Source of the DNA: Mycobacterium tuberculosis H37Rv
GTDB taxonomy: Bacteria; Actinomycetota; Actinomycetes; Mycobacteriales; Mycobacteriaceae
Reading direction: 5' to 3'
NCBI RefSeq assembly: GCF_000195955.2
Contig: NC_000962.3
Span: 2,760,001 to 2,792,000 of the forward strand
DNA length: 32,000 bases
In this document: piece after piece, positions 8,986 to 17,391 of the stretch
Numbering within the stretch: the stretch's first letter is position 1
How the letters are laid out: each line of letters opens with the position of its first letter
Notes under the pieces: generated by a model
The model's input: the letters and a program-made list of their open reading frames with translations, nothing else
The model's database searches: none
Told to the model about the DNA's origin: nothing
Made by a program: the position numbers and the translations under genes

Positions 8986-11571
8986 GTGGCCCTTCCAAAC
9001 CTCACGCGGGACCAAGCCGTCGAACGCGCCGCCCTGATAACCGTGGACAGCTACCAGATCATTCTCGATGTGACCGACGGTAACGGCGCTCCCGGCGAAC
9101 GCACCTTCCGGTCGACCACCACCGTGGTGTTCGACGCACTCCCCGGCGCCGACACGGTCATCGACATCTCCGCCCACACCGTGCGCCGCGCCAGCCTCAA
9201 CGACCAAGACCTGGACGTCTCGGGATATGACGAGGCGGCCGGGATCCCGTTGCGCGGACTGGCCCAGCGCAACGTCGTCGTCGTCGACGCCGACTGCCAC
9301 TACTCCAATACCGGCGAGGGCCTGCATCGGTTTGTCGATCCGGTGGACGGCGAGACCTACCTGTACTCGCAATTCGAAACCGCCGACGCCAAGCGCATGT
9401 TCGCCTGCTTCGACCAACCCGACCTCAAGGCCACGTTTGACGTGCGGGTGACCGCGCCCGCGCACTGGAAGGTGATCTCCAACGGCGCGCCGCTGGCCGC
9501 GGCAAACGGCGTACACACCTTCGCCACTACCCCGCGGATGAGCACCTATCTGGTGGCCTTGATCGCCGGACCATACGCGGCCTGGACGGACACTTACATC
9601 GACGACCACGGGGAAATCCCACTCGGCATCTATTGCCGGGCCTCGCTTGCCGAATACATGGACGCCGAGCGGCTGTTCACCCAAACCAAGCAGGGATTCG
9701 GCTTCTACCACAAGCACTTTGGCCTGCCATACGCGTTCGGCAAGTACGACCAGCTCTTCGTCCCCGAATTCAACGCCGGCGCAATGGAAAACGCCGGCGC
9801 GGTGACCTTCTTGGAGGACTACGTCTTCCGCAGCAAGGTCACCCGGGCATCCTATGAGCGGCGCGCGGAGACCGTGCTGCACGAGATGGCCCACATGTGG
9901 TTCGGCGACCTGGTCACCATGACCTGGTGGGACGATCTGTGGCTGAACGAGTCCTTCGCCACCTTCGCCTCGGTGCTGTGCCAAAGCGAGGCCACCGAAT
10001 TCACCGAGGCTTGGACGACGTTTGCGACCGTGGAGAAGTCTTGGGCGTATCGCCAAGACCAGCTGCCGTCGACGCACCCGATCGCCGCCGACATCCCCGA
10101 CCTGGCCGCTGTCGAGGTGAACTTCGACGGGATCACCTACGCCAAGGGCGCCTCGGTGCTCAAACAGCTCGTTGCCTACGTCGGGCTGGAGCGCTTTCTG
10201 GCCGGCCTGCGTGACTACTTCCGCACGCACGCTTTTGGCAATGCCAGCTTTGACGATCTGCTGGCCGCGTTGGAAAAGGCCTCGGGCCGCGACCTGTCGA
10301 ATTGGGGCGAGCAGTGGCTGAAGACGACCGGGCTCAACACCCTGCGACCAGATTTCGAGGTTGATGCCGAGGGCAGGTTCACCCGGTTCGCGGTGACACA
10401 GAGCGGTGCGGCACCCGGCGCAGGTGAGACCAGGGTGCATCGGTTGGCGGTGGGCATCTACGACGATGATGGTTCCAAGAGTTCCGGCAAGCTGGTCCGG
10501 GTGCACCGCGAGGAACTCGATGTCTCCGGTCCGATCACGAACGTCCCTGCGCTGGTTGGCGTTTCGCGCGGGAAACTGATTCTGGTCAACGACGACGACC
10601 TGACCTACTGTTCGCTGCGGCTGGACGAGCGGTCGCTACAGACCGCGCTAGACCGCATCGCCGACATCGCCGAGCCGCTGCCGCGCACGCTGGTGTGGTC
10701 GGCCGCCTGGGAAATGACCCGTGAAGCCGAACTGCGTGCCCGCGACTTCGTGTCACTGGTGTCCGGCGGCGTGCACGCAGAAACGGAGGTCGGGGTCGCG
10801 CAGCGGCTGCTGCTACAGGCGCAGACAGCGTTGGGTTGCTATGCCGAGCCCGGCTGGGCCCGGGAGCGGGGATGGCCGCAGTTCGCCGACCGGCTGCTGG
10901 AGTTGGCGCGCGAAGCCGAGCCTGGGTCGGATCATCAGCTGGCCTATATCAACTCGCTGTGTTCGTCGGTGTTGTCCCCCCGGCATGTGCAGACCCTAGG
11001 GGCGTTGCTCGAGGGTGAGCCCGCCGCATGTGGATTGGCAGGCTTAGCCGTCGACACCGACCTGCGCTGGCGGATCGTAACCGCGCTGGCCACCGCGGGC
11101 GCCATCGACGCCGACGGGCCGGAGACACCGAGAATCGACGCCGAGGTGCAGCGCGACCCGACTGCCGCCGGAAAGCGGCATGCCGCCCAGGCCCGCGCGG
11201 CGCGGCCACAGTTCGTCGTCAAGGACGAGGCATTCACCACGGTGGTCGAGGACGACACCCTGGCCAACGCCACTGGCCGCGCGATGATCGCCGGCATTGC
11301 CGCACCCGGACAAGGCGAGCTGCTCAAGCCGTTCGCGCGACGCTACTTTCAGGCGATCCCCGGAGTATGGGCACGGCGATCCAGCGAAGTCGCGCAATCG
11401 GTGGTGATTGGCCTGTATCCGCACTGGGACATCAGCGAGCAGGGCATCACCGCCGCCGAGGAGTTCCTCAGCGACCCCGAGGTTCCGCCCGCATTGCGCC
11501 GGCTGGTGCTCGAGGGCCAGGCCGCGGTGCAGCGATCGTTGCGGGCCCGCAACTTCGACGCTGACGGCTAG
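8986..11571 (+). CDS. pepN: Aminopeptidase N (M1 zinc metallopeptidase)
   Basis: GAMEN exopeptidase motif and HEMAHMWFGD...E zinc site are present. GTG at 8986 gives 861 aa. TTG at 8977 is an alternative start. Confidence 0.95.
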   Translation: MALPNLTRDQAVERAALITVDSYQIILDVTDGNGAPGERTFRSTTTVVFDALPGADTVIDISAHTVRRASLNDQDLDVSGYDEAAGIPLRGLAQRNVVVVDADCHYSNTGEGLHRFVDPVDGETYLYSQFETADAKRMFACFDQPDLKATFDVRVTAPAHWKVISNGAPLAAANGVHTFATTPRMSTYLVALIAGPYAAWTDTYIDDHGEIPLGIYCRASLAEYMDAERLFTQTKQGFGFYHKHFGLPYAFGKYDQLFVPEFNAGAMENAGAVTFLEDYVFRSKVTRASYERRAETVLHEMAHMWFGDLVTMTWWDDLWLNESFATFASVLCQSEATEFTEAWTTFATVEKSWAYRQDQLPSTHPIAADIPDLAAVEVNFDGITYAKGASVLKQLVAYVGLERFLAGLRDYFRTHAFGNASFDDLLAALEKASGRDLSNWGEQWLKTTGLNTLRPDFEVDAEGRFTRFAVTQSGAAPGAGETRVHRLAVGIYDDDGSKSSGKLVRVHREELDVSGPITNVPALVGVSRGKLILVNDDDLTYCSLRLDERSLQTALDRIADIAEPLPRTLVWSAAWEMTREAELRARDFVSLVSGGVHAETEVGVAQRLLLQAQTALGCYAEPGWARERGWPQFADRLLELAREAEPGSDHQLAYINSLCSSVLSPRHVQTLGALLEGEPAACGLAGLAVDTDLRWRIVTALATAGAIDADGPETPRIDAEVQRDPTAAGKRHAAQARAARPQFVVKDEAFTTVVEDDTLANATGRAMIAGIAAPGQGELLKPFARRYFQAIPGVWARRSSEVAQSVVIGLYPHWDISEQGITAAEEFLSDPEVPPALRRLVLEGQAAVQRSLRARNFDADG

Positions 11572-11609
11572 CCCTCACCGCGAGGGCGCGTGTCTGTACA
11601 ACGACACGC
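11571..11609. terminator. Two adjacent short hairpins in the convergent pepN/DUF5130 spacer
   Basis: First hairpin: gccctc-accgc-gagggc (11571-11587). Second hairpin: gcgtgtc-tgtacaac-gacacgc (11588-11609). Both come immediately after the pepN TAG. Confidence 0.3.
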
Positions 11610-11643
11610 CGCATCGGGCGTACATTCGGGCGTGCTCGCCGGG

Positions 11644-12147
11644 TCAGCCCGGCGCGATCCCCGCGCTGAGCACGCGGATCGCGCTGATCAGCCCATCTAC
11701 CAGCTCACCCTGCTCGAACGCTGAGGAAGCGGCGGCAACCCCGAGCGGAGCCGCCGACTCGGCACCGCGGCCGCGGACTTGCGAGCCGTAGACCACTTCG
11801 ATGGCGCACTGGTTGGGCGAGACCGCGAGCAGCACAGCATTGTCCGGCGTGGGCACCTTGCCCAAGATCTCGCGGGCCCGCGCGGCGGTGTCACGACCCA
11901 AGTCGCCGAGGTAGATGGCGAACCTCACCTGACACGCCCGCGAGCTGTAGGTCAGCGCGTCGTCCAGGGCGACGAGATCTGCGATGGGGAACGGGTAGTG
12001 CACGGACAGTTCCCCGGGCTCGGTGACCCCCGAGATCCGTCCGCTGGTGGTCAGCACCCAACCCGGCGGCAGCTCGGCGTGCTCAATCGTCGCAACGTCA
12101 CCACGTGCCACTGGCCCCACCTCCAACCGTGAACTCCGATGCGTCAT
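11644..12147 (-). CDS. Conserved DUF5130/TPM-like protein (Rv2468c-type; possible cytochrome aa3 oxidase-associated CtaI)
   Basis: Clean ORF with typical codon bias. ATG at 12147 gives 167 aa. Alternative starts are ATG 12174 and GTG 12120 or 12111. The functional link rests on my memory of mycobacterial supercomplex structures and is not verifiable here. Confidence 0.7.
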   Translation of the reverse strand: MTHRSSRLEVGPVARGDVATIEHAELPPGWVLTTSGRISGVTEPGELSVHYPFPIADLVALDDALTYSSRACQVRFAIYLGDLGRDTAARAREILGKVPTPDNAVLLAVSPNQCAIEVVYGSQVRGRGAESAAPLGVAAASSAFEQGELVDGLISAIRVLSAGIAPG

Positions 12148-12331
12148 GCCCGTGTCCGCCGTGCGCGCTGCCAACGACCTCGTCGGTGGCGGCCCACAGG
12201 ATGGGCGGGTGTGTCCAAGGCTCCGACAGTTTGTAGGTTGCCGGGTGAGGTCCCTTGCGCGACCAGATCAGCACAGACAGCACAACCACCAGCAACAACG
12301 GGATACCGACAAAGAAGAGGTGGATCTCCAT
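12098..12331 (-). CDS. Small single-pass membrane protein (candidate CtaJ-like cytochrome oxidase subunit)
   Basis: 77 codons from ATG 12331 (80 from GTG 12340). One strong TM helix ([21 protein letters not shown]) is followed by [14 protein letters not shown]. Its 3' end overlaps the start of the downstream DUF5130 gene. Confidence 0.5.
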   Translation of the reverse strand: MEIHLFFVGIPLLLVVVLSVLIWSRKGPHPATYKLSEPWTHPPILWAATDEVVGSAHGGHGHDASEFTVGGGASGTW

Positions 12332-12366
12332 AGCACTCACGACGCAAACCGTATCCCACCGGGTTT

Positions 12367-13035
12367 TCAGGCCGCACCCTCACCGAGGTATCGCGCCCAG
12401 GACGGGTCCAGCTCCTTGACCGCCGACAGCAGTCGCCAGTGCGGTCCCGTGGGCGGCAGCGGCGCCCGGCGGAGTGCCCAGCCAAGCTCGGTCAACAGCC
12501 TGTCACCCTTGCGGTGGTTACACGGCGAGCAGCACGCAACGCAGTTCTCCCAGGAGTGGGCACCGCCCCGGCTGCGGGGTACCACGTGGTCGACGGTGTC
12601 GGCCTTGCCGCCGCAGTAGGCACAACAGAACCGGTCCCGATGCATGAGCGCGGCCCGGGTCATCGGAACCCGGGCACGGTAGGGAACCCGGACATAGGAG
12701 CGCAACTGGATCACCGACGGGACCAGGATCGATCTGGTCGCCGAGTGGATGACCGGCCCGGACGGGTCTTCGTGCACCACGTCGGCCTTGCCACAGATCA
12801 CCATGACAATCGCCCGCCGCATCGACAACGCGGTAAGCGGCTCGTAGGTGGAGTTCAGGAGCAGCACCCGCCGGCGGTTCCAGATCGATGCGCTCTCGTG
12901 ACGGTTCGGTGGATGGGTCTCGACGCCTGACGCGAGTCGGTGGGAGTGGACACTGTGCAGGCATGAAGCGGGCCCGGTTACGCCTGCCGCGACACCGGAA
13001 CTGCGGTGGCCGCGGCGCTTCTTGCCGTGCGCCAT
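12367..13035 (-). CDS. HNH endonuclease-domain protein
   Basis: HNH/zinc motif [45 protein letters not shown] at 13035 gives 222 aa. The 263-aa track ORF is a 5' extension. Confidence 0.8.
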   Translation of the reverse strand: MAHGKKRRGHRSSGVAAGVTGPASCLHSVHSHRLASGVETHPPNRHESASIWNRRRVLLLNSTYEPLTALSMRRAIVMVICGKADVVHEDPSGPVIHSATRSILVPSVIQLRSYVRVPYRARVPMTRAALMHRDRFCCAYCGGKADTVDHVVPRSRGGAHSWENCVACCSPCNHRKGDRLLTELGWALRRAPLPPTGPHWRLLSAVKELDPSWARYLGEGAA

Positions 13036-13177
13036 AGGTCCTCCGCCGAACAGTCCACCATGATTCGCGGCTAATCGCACGCCAAATGCCACGTCCACAC
13101 CGTGTCGCTCCGGTGAACAAACCGGGGGCTGGCTGGTCGGCCACGACAAATAGACCACAATGGAGGGGATGGATCAG

Positions 13178-13564
13178 ATGCCGAAGTCTTTCTACGACGC
13201 GGTCGGCGGCGCCAAAACCTTCGACGCGATCGTGTCGCGTTTCTATGCGCAGGTCGCCGAGGACGAAGTACTGCGGCGGGTGTACCCCGAAGATGACTTA
13301 GCCGGCGCCGAGGAACGATTGCGGATGTTCCTCGAGCAGTACTGGGGCGGCCCACGAACCTACTCGGAGCAGCGCGGCCACCCCCGATTGCGGATGCGGC
13401 ATGCCCCGTTTCGGATCTCGCTCATCGAACGCGACGCCTGGCTGCGGTGCATGCATACGGCTGTGGCCTCCATCGACTCAGAAACGCTCGATGACGAGCA
13501 CCGTCGAGAGTTGCTGGATTATCTGGAGATGGCCGCTCACTCGCTGGTCAACTCCCCGTTTTGA
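13178..13564 (+). CDS. glbO: Group II truncated haemoglobin (trHbO)
   Basis: 128 aa from ATG 13178, with the 2-on-2 globin N-terminus [11 protein letters not shown]. The stop overlaps the aglA ATG (TGATG). Confidence 0.9.
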
Positions 13565-15204
13565 TGGACCAACACCAGCGACCGGATCCAATGGGCCCCG
13601 GCTCTCCTCGCGCCAGCGCTCGTCGACCGGAGCCAGATCCGATGGGCGAGCCGTGGTGGTCGCGAGCCGTGTTCTACCAGGTCTATCCCCGATCGTTCGC
13701 CGACAGCAACGGCGACGGGGTGGGCGACCTGGACGGGTTGGCGAGCCGGCTTGACCACCTGCAACAGCTCGGTGTCGACGCGATCTGGATCAACCCGGTC
13801 ACCGTCTCGCCGATGGCAGACCACGGATACGACGTCGCCGATCCCCGCGACATCGACCCACTCTTCGGCGGGATGCCGGCGTTCGAACGGTTGGTCGCTG
13901 CGGCACACCGGCAGGGCATCAAAGTCACCATGGACGTGGTGCCCAACCACACCAGTTCGGCGCACCCATGGTTTCAGGCCGCGCTGGCTGACCTCCCGGG
14001 TAGCCCGGCGCGGGATCGCTATTTCTTTCGCGACGGGCGGGGCCCCGACGGGTCGCTGCCGCCGAACAACTGGGAGTCGGTGTTCGGCGGGCCGGCCTGG
14101 ACCCGAGTGCGCGAACCGGACGGCAACCCGGGCCAGTGGTACCTGCACCTTTTCGACACCGAACAGCCGGACCTGAACTGGGACAACCCGGAAATCCTTG
14201 ACGACTTCGAGAAAACACTGCGCTTCTGGCTGGACCGCGGCGTGGATGGCTTCCGCATCGACGTGGCGCACGGCATGGCCAAGCCCCCGGGCCTGCCGGA
14301 CTCACCGGACCTGGGCATCGAGGTGCTGCACCACCGCGATGACGACCCGCGCTTCAACCACCCGAATGTGCACGCGATTCACCGCGACATCCGCACGGTG
14401 ATCGACGAGTACCCCGGAGCGGTAACCGTCGGCGAGGTGTGGGTACACGACAACGCCCGCTGGGCGGAGTATCTGCGGCCCGACGAACTGCATCTCGGCT
14501 TCAATTTCCGGCTGGCGCGAACCGAGTTCGACGCCGCCGAGATCCGCGACGCGGTGGCGAACTCCCTGGCCGCCGCGGCGCTGCAGAACGCGACCCCAAC
14601 CTGGACGCTGGCCAATCACGATGTGGGACGGGAGGTTAGCCGCTACGGCGGCGGCGAGATCGGGCTGCGCCGGGCCAAGGCGATGGCGGTGGTGATGCTC
14701 GCCCTGCCGGGCGTGGTCTTCCTCTACAACGGCCAGGAACTGGGTTTGCCCGACGTGGACCTGCCCGACGAGGTGCTGCAGGATCCGACGTGGGAACGCT
14801 CGGGACGCACCGAACGCGGTCGCGATGGCTGCCGGGTGCCGATTCCCTGGTCGGGCAACATTCCCCCGTTCGGGTTCTCGACGTGTCCAGACACCTGGTT
14901 GCCGATGCCGCCGGAATGGGCGGCGCTGACCGCCGAAAAACAACGCGCTGATGCCGGCTCGACCTTGTCGTTTTTTCGACTTGCACTCAGATTACGTAGG
15001 GAACGAAATGAATTCGACGGCGACGTCGACTGGCTGGCCGCGCCCGACGATGCGCTGATATTCCGGCGTCACGGCGGGGGTTTGGTGTGCGCGCTCAACG
15101 CCGCTGAGCGTCCGCTGGCGCTGCCGGCAGGTGAACCCATCCTGGCCAGCGCACCGTTGACCGACGCCACGTTGCCACCCAATGCCGCGGCCTGGCTGGT
15201 GTAG
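13564..15204 (+). CDS. aglA: GH13 alpha-glucosidase / oligo-1,6-glucosidase-like
   Basis: 546 aa. The GH13 conserved regions are present: DVVPNH, GFRIDVAHG, GEVW, NHD. Confidence 0.9.
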   Translation: MDQHQRPDPMGPGSPRASARRPEPDPMGEPWWSRAVFYQVYPRSFADSNGDGVGDLDGLASRLDHLQQLGVDAIWINPVTVSPMADHGYDVADPRDIDPLFGGMPAFERLVAAAHRQGIKVTMDVVPNHTSSAHPWFQAALADLPGSPARDRYFFRDGRGPDGSLPPNNWESVFGGPAWTRVREPDGNPGQWYLHLFDTEQPDLNWDNPEILDDFEKTLRFWLDRGVDGFRIDVAHGMAKPPGLPDSPDLGIEVLHHRDDDPRFNHPNVHAIHRDIRTVIDEYPGAVTVGEVWVHDNARWAEYLRPDELHLGFNFRLARTEFDAAEIRDAVANSLAAAALQNATPTWTLANHDVGREVSRYGGGEIGLRRAKAMAVVMLALPGVVFLYNGQELGLPDVDLPDEVLQDPTWERSGRTERGRDGCRVPIPWSGNIPPFGFSTCPDTWLPMPPEWAALTAEKQRADAGSTLSFFRLALRLRRERNEFDGDVDWLAAPDDALIFRRHGGGLVCALNAAERPLALPAGEPILASAPLTDATLPPNAAAWLV

Positions 15205-15271
15205 CGGCATTCCGAGCTATGCCTGCCCGACATATAAGCGCATACGCATCCTAGGCGGGCACCGTCTAGGT

Positions 15272-15565
15272 ATGATGATGCGGATCGCCGTGCGGCTACC
15301 CGGGGAAGTCATCACCTTCGTCGATAGCGAGGTCAGCCAAATCCGCATACCCAGCCGGCGCGCCGCAGTGGTGTTGCGTGCCTCGAACGCGAGCGACGCC
15401 GCGATTCTTACCGCCACCGAACCCAATCACCACCTCGACGCACTCGCCGGACAGGCCGCAAAGCTAGCACCAACATCGATTGATGCGGCTCATCCAGCTC
15501 GCCCAGCTAGACGAGACCCGTGCCTTTACCCGCGAACTGGCCAGGCCTTACCTCGCACCGGGTAA
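15272..15565 (+). CDS. Hypothetical protein (Rv2472-type, 97 aa)
   Basis: ORF only. The N-terminus MRIAVRLPGEVITFVDSEV faintly resembles ribbon-helix-helix antitoxin/CopG N-termini, but the rest is low-complexity. Confidence 0.4.
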   Translation: MMMRIAVRLPGEVITFVDSEVSQIRIPSRRAAVVLRASNASDAAILTATEPNHHLDALAGQAAKLAPTSIDAAHPARPARRDPCLYPRTGQALPRTG

Positions 15566-15567
15566 CC

Positions 15568-16284
15568 GTGGCACCCACCTCGAGCAGCGTAGCCAGCGAA
15601 CTGCTCATGCCCTGGCCGAGCGCTGCCGCTAGCGGTGTGGTCGGCTGGCGCACCACCGCGACCGCCAGTCAGCGATACCATCGGCCGATGTCGGATACTC
15701 CGTTCGCCGAGCCCTATCCCGAGCAGCGGCCCCCCTGGGGTGTCCCGCCACCAGGTTGGGACGGATCGTCGCGGCCAGCGCCCTCGACGACTCCTCGATC
15801 GCCCGGGCGGTGGTCTCTAGTGGCGGCCCTAGCCCTTGCGGTCGTCTCATTAGGCGTGGGCATCGTCGGATGGTTTCATCGGCAACCGCACGACAAGCCA
15901 TCACCGGCCCCATCCGCGCCGACGTTCACCAGCCAACAGATTTCCGACGCGAAAGAAAACGTCTGCGCCGCACACCGGATCGTGCGCCAGGCGGCCGTGC
16001 TGAATACCAATCAGGCCAACCCGGTACCCGGAGACCCGACCGGCGATTTGGCGGTGGCAGCCAACGCCCGCCTGGCGCTGTATAGCGGCGGCGACTACCT
16101 GCTGAGGCGTCTCACCGCCGAGCCAGCGACTCCTGCCGAGTTGCGCGATGCCGTCCGCTCGCTCGCCAACGCTCTACAAGAGCTTGCAGTGAACTATCTC
16201 GCTGGAGCTCCCGATTCCGTGGTAACTCCCCTGCGGCTGGCGCTGGAAAGGGACACCAGAGCCGTGGATCCGCTATGCGTGTGA
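15568..16284 (+). CDS. Ala/Pro-rich membrane protein (Rv2473-type)
   Basis: Pro-rich N-terminal region, then one clear TM segment (WSLVAALALAVVSLGVGIVGWF). GTG 15568 gives 238 aa. ATG 15688 (MSDTPFAEPY...) looks like a more natural start. Confidence 0.55.
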   Translation: MAPTSSSVASELLMPWPSAAASGVVGWRTTATASQRYHRPMSDTPFAEPYPEQRPPWGVPPPGWDGSSRPAPSTTPRSPGRWSLVAALALAVVSLGVGIVGWFHRQPHDKPSPAPSAPTFTSQQISDAKENVCAAHRIVRQAAVLNTNQANPVPGDPTGDLAVAANARLALYSGGDYLLRRLTAEPATPAELRDAVRSLANALQELAVNYLAGAPDSVVTPLRLALERDTRAVDPLCV

Positions 16285-16315
16285 CGGCGATCCGGAAATG
16301 AACCATCCTCGCCCA

Positions 16316-16969
16316 TCAGCGCAGCACCAGCGCCGCGTGGCCGCGATGCCGATAAACCGAGCCGAAGCGGGCGTCCAGACGCAACCACGCCGGCGATATC
16401 CGGACCCGGATCAGCTCGTCGGCGCTGATCGTTTCTGCGGACTGGGGAAGGAAACCCATTGCGGTCAAAGCGAACACACAGCGCATGGGTAGCCCAACGA
16501 CGACATCGGCCGAGCTGACCTGGATGACCTCCTGATCGAGCAGCGATACCGGCGGACCAGCCGAACTCCCGTGCTCCTTGGCCAGCCGCGCGCCACGGTG
16601 CGCCAGGTCCAACATCACCCGGGCCGGTACGTCGTCGAGATAGGTGAAGCCGGACTCCGGCGGCAACCCACCCCGCCACGCGGAGTCCATCGAGTAACCG
16701 GGATCGACATAGCCCGAGGCATCCGTTGTGGCCAGACCGTGCGCGAGTGACCGTGCGGCCACCGACAGATCGTCGGGTCGCACCTTGCCGGCCACCACCC
16801 GACTGGCCAGCACGTCGAAGCCCGTTGCTACCCAAGCCGATAGCAATCCGGTAGACCGCGCGCGAATACGGATAACGGCGGCATCGTCGAGCCGAAGCGC
16901 GTGATCCACGAACGTGGCCAGATCCGCGCGGTGAGCCGGGTCAGGGAGCCACAACCCACGCTCAACCAC
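16316..16969 (-). CDS. Conserved hypothetical protein (Rv2474c-type)
   Basis: 217 aa from GTG 16969. It lies 5 nt downstream of the thioesterase stop, so it is probably co-transcribed. I recognise no motif. Confidence 0.6.
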   Translation of the reverse strand: MVERGLWLPDPAHRADLATFVDHALRLDDAAVIRIRARSTGLLSAWVATGFDVLASRVVAGKVRPDDLSVAARSLAHGLATTDASGYVDPGYSMDSAWRGGLPPESGFTYLDDVPARVMLDLAHRGARLAKEHGSSAGPPVSLLDQEVIQVSSADVVVGLPMRCVFALTAMGFLPQSAETISADELIRVRISPAWLRLDARFGSVYRHRGHAALVLR

Positions 16970-16974
16970 CCCGC

Positions 16975-17391
16975 CTATCCCCGAAACCACCGTTGCAGGT
17001 ACTCGCGATGGTGTGGCGATAGTCGAACCAACCGCTGTTCCTCGATATGGAACGCGGCCAGCTGCGACTCGGCGATGACCGCAGGCCTCGAGTCTGGCTC
17101 CGCGTTGACCGACCGCACCTCGTACCCGAGCGTGAAGTCGACCGCCCGCAGCCGCTTGGTCCAGATCGTCACCTGTAGCGGCGAGTCGGACAACCGCAGT
17201 TGACCCTTGTAGGTCACCCGGACATCGGCGATCAGCAGCCCGGTGGACGTGATGTCGGCTCCGAAAGCATCCTTAAGAAACGGGACCCGTGCCTCTTCGA
17301 GAATCGTGACCATGGTGGCGTGGTTGACGTGCTGATACATGTCGATGTCAGACCAGCGCACCCCCACCGGCGTGACGAACCCGACGCTCAC
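16975..17391 (-). CDS. Hotdog-fold acyl-CoA thioesterase (4HBT/YbgC-like)
   Basis: 138 aa from GTG 17391, with the characteristic [15 protein letters not shown] region. The GTGA overlap with the gdh stop (17388-17391) indicates translational coupling. Confidence 0.75.
   Translation of the reverse strand: MSVGFVTPVGVRWSDIDMYQHVNHATMVTILEEARVPFLKDAFGADITSTGLLIADVRVTYKGQLRLSDSPLQVTIWTKRLRAVDFTLGYEVRSVNAEPDSRPAVIAESQLAAFHIEEQRLVRLSPHHREYLQRWFRG

Noticed and set aside
8764-10506. 580-aa ORF on the minus strand
   Set aside because: It is entirely antisense to pepN, which carries unmistakable GAMEN and HEXXH motifs. The product is Arg/Gly/Pro/Val-rich with no motif. This is a typical shadow ORF of high-GC DNA.
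15483-15632. 49-codon plus-strand ORF (MRLIQLAQLDETRAFTRELA...) in an alternative frame across the Rv2472/Rv2473-type junction
   Set aside because: It reads protein-like, but it is short, has no SD, contains no motif I recognise, and is easily generated by chance in high-GC sequence.
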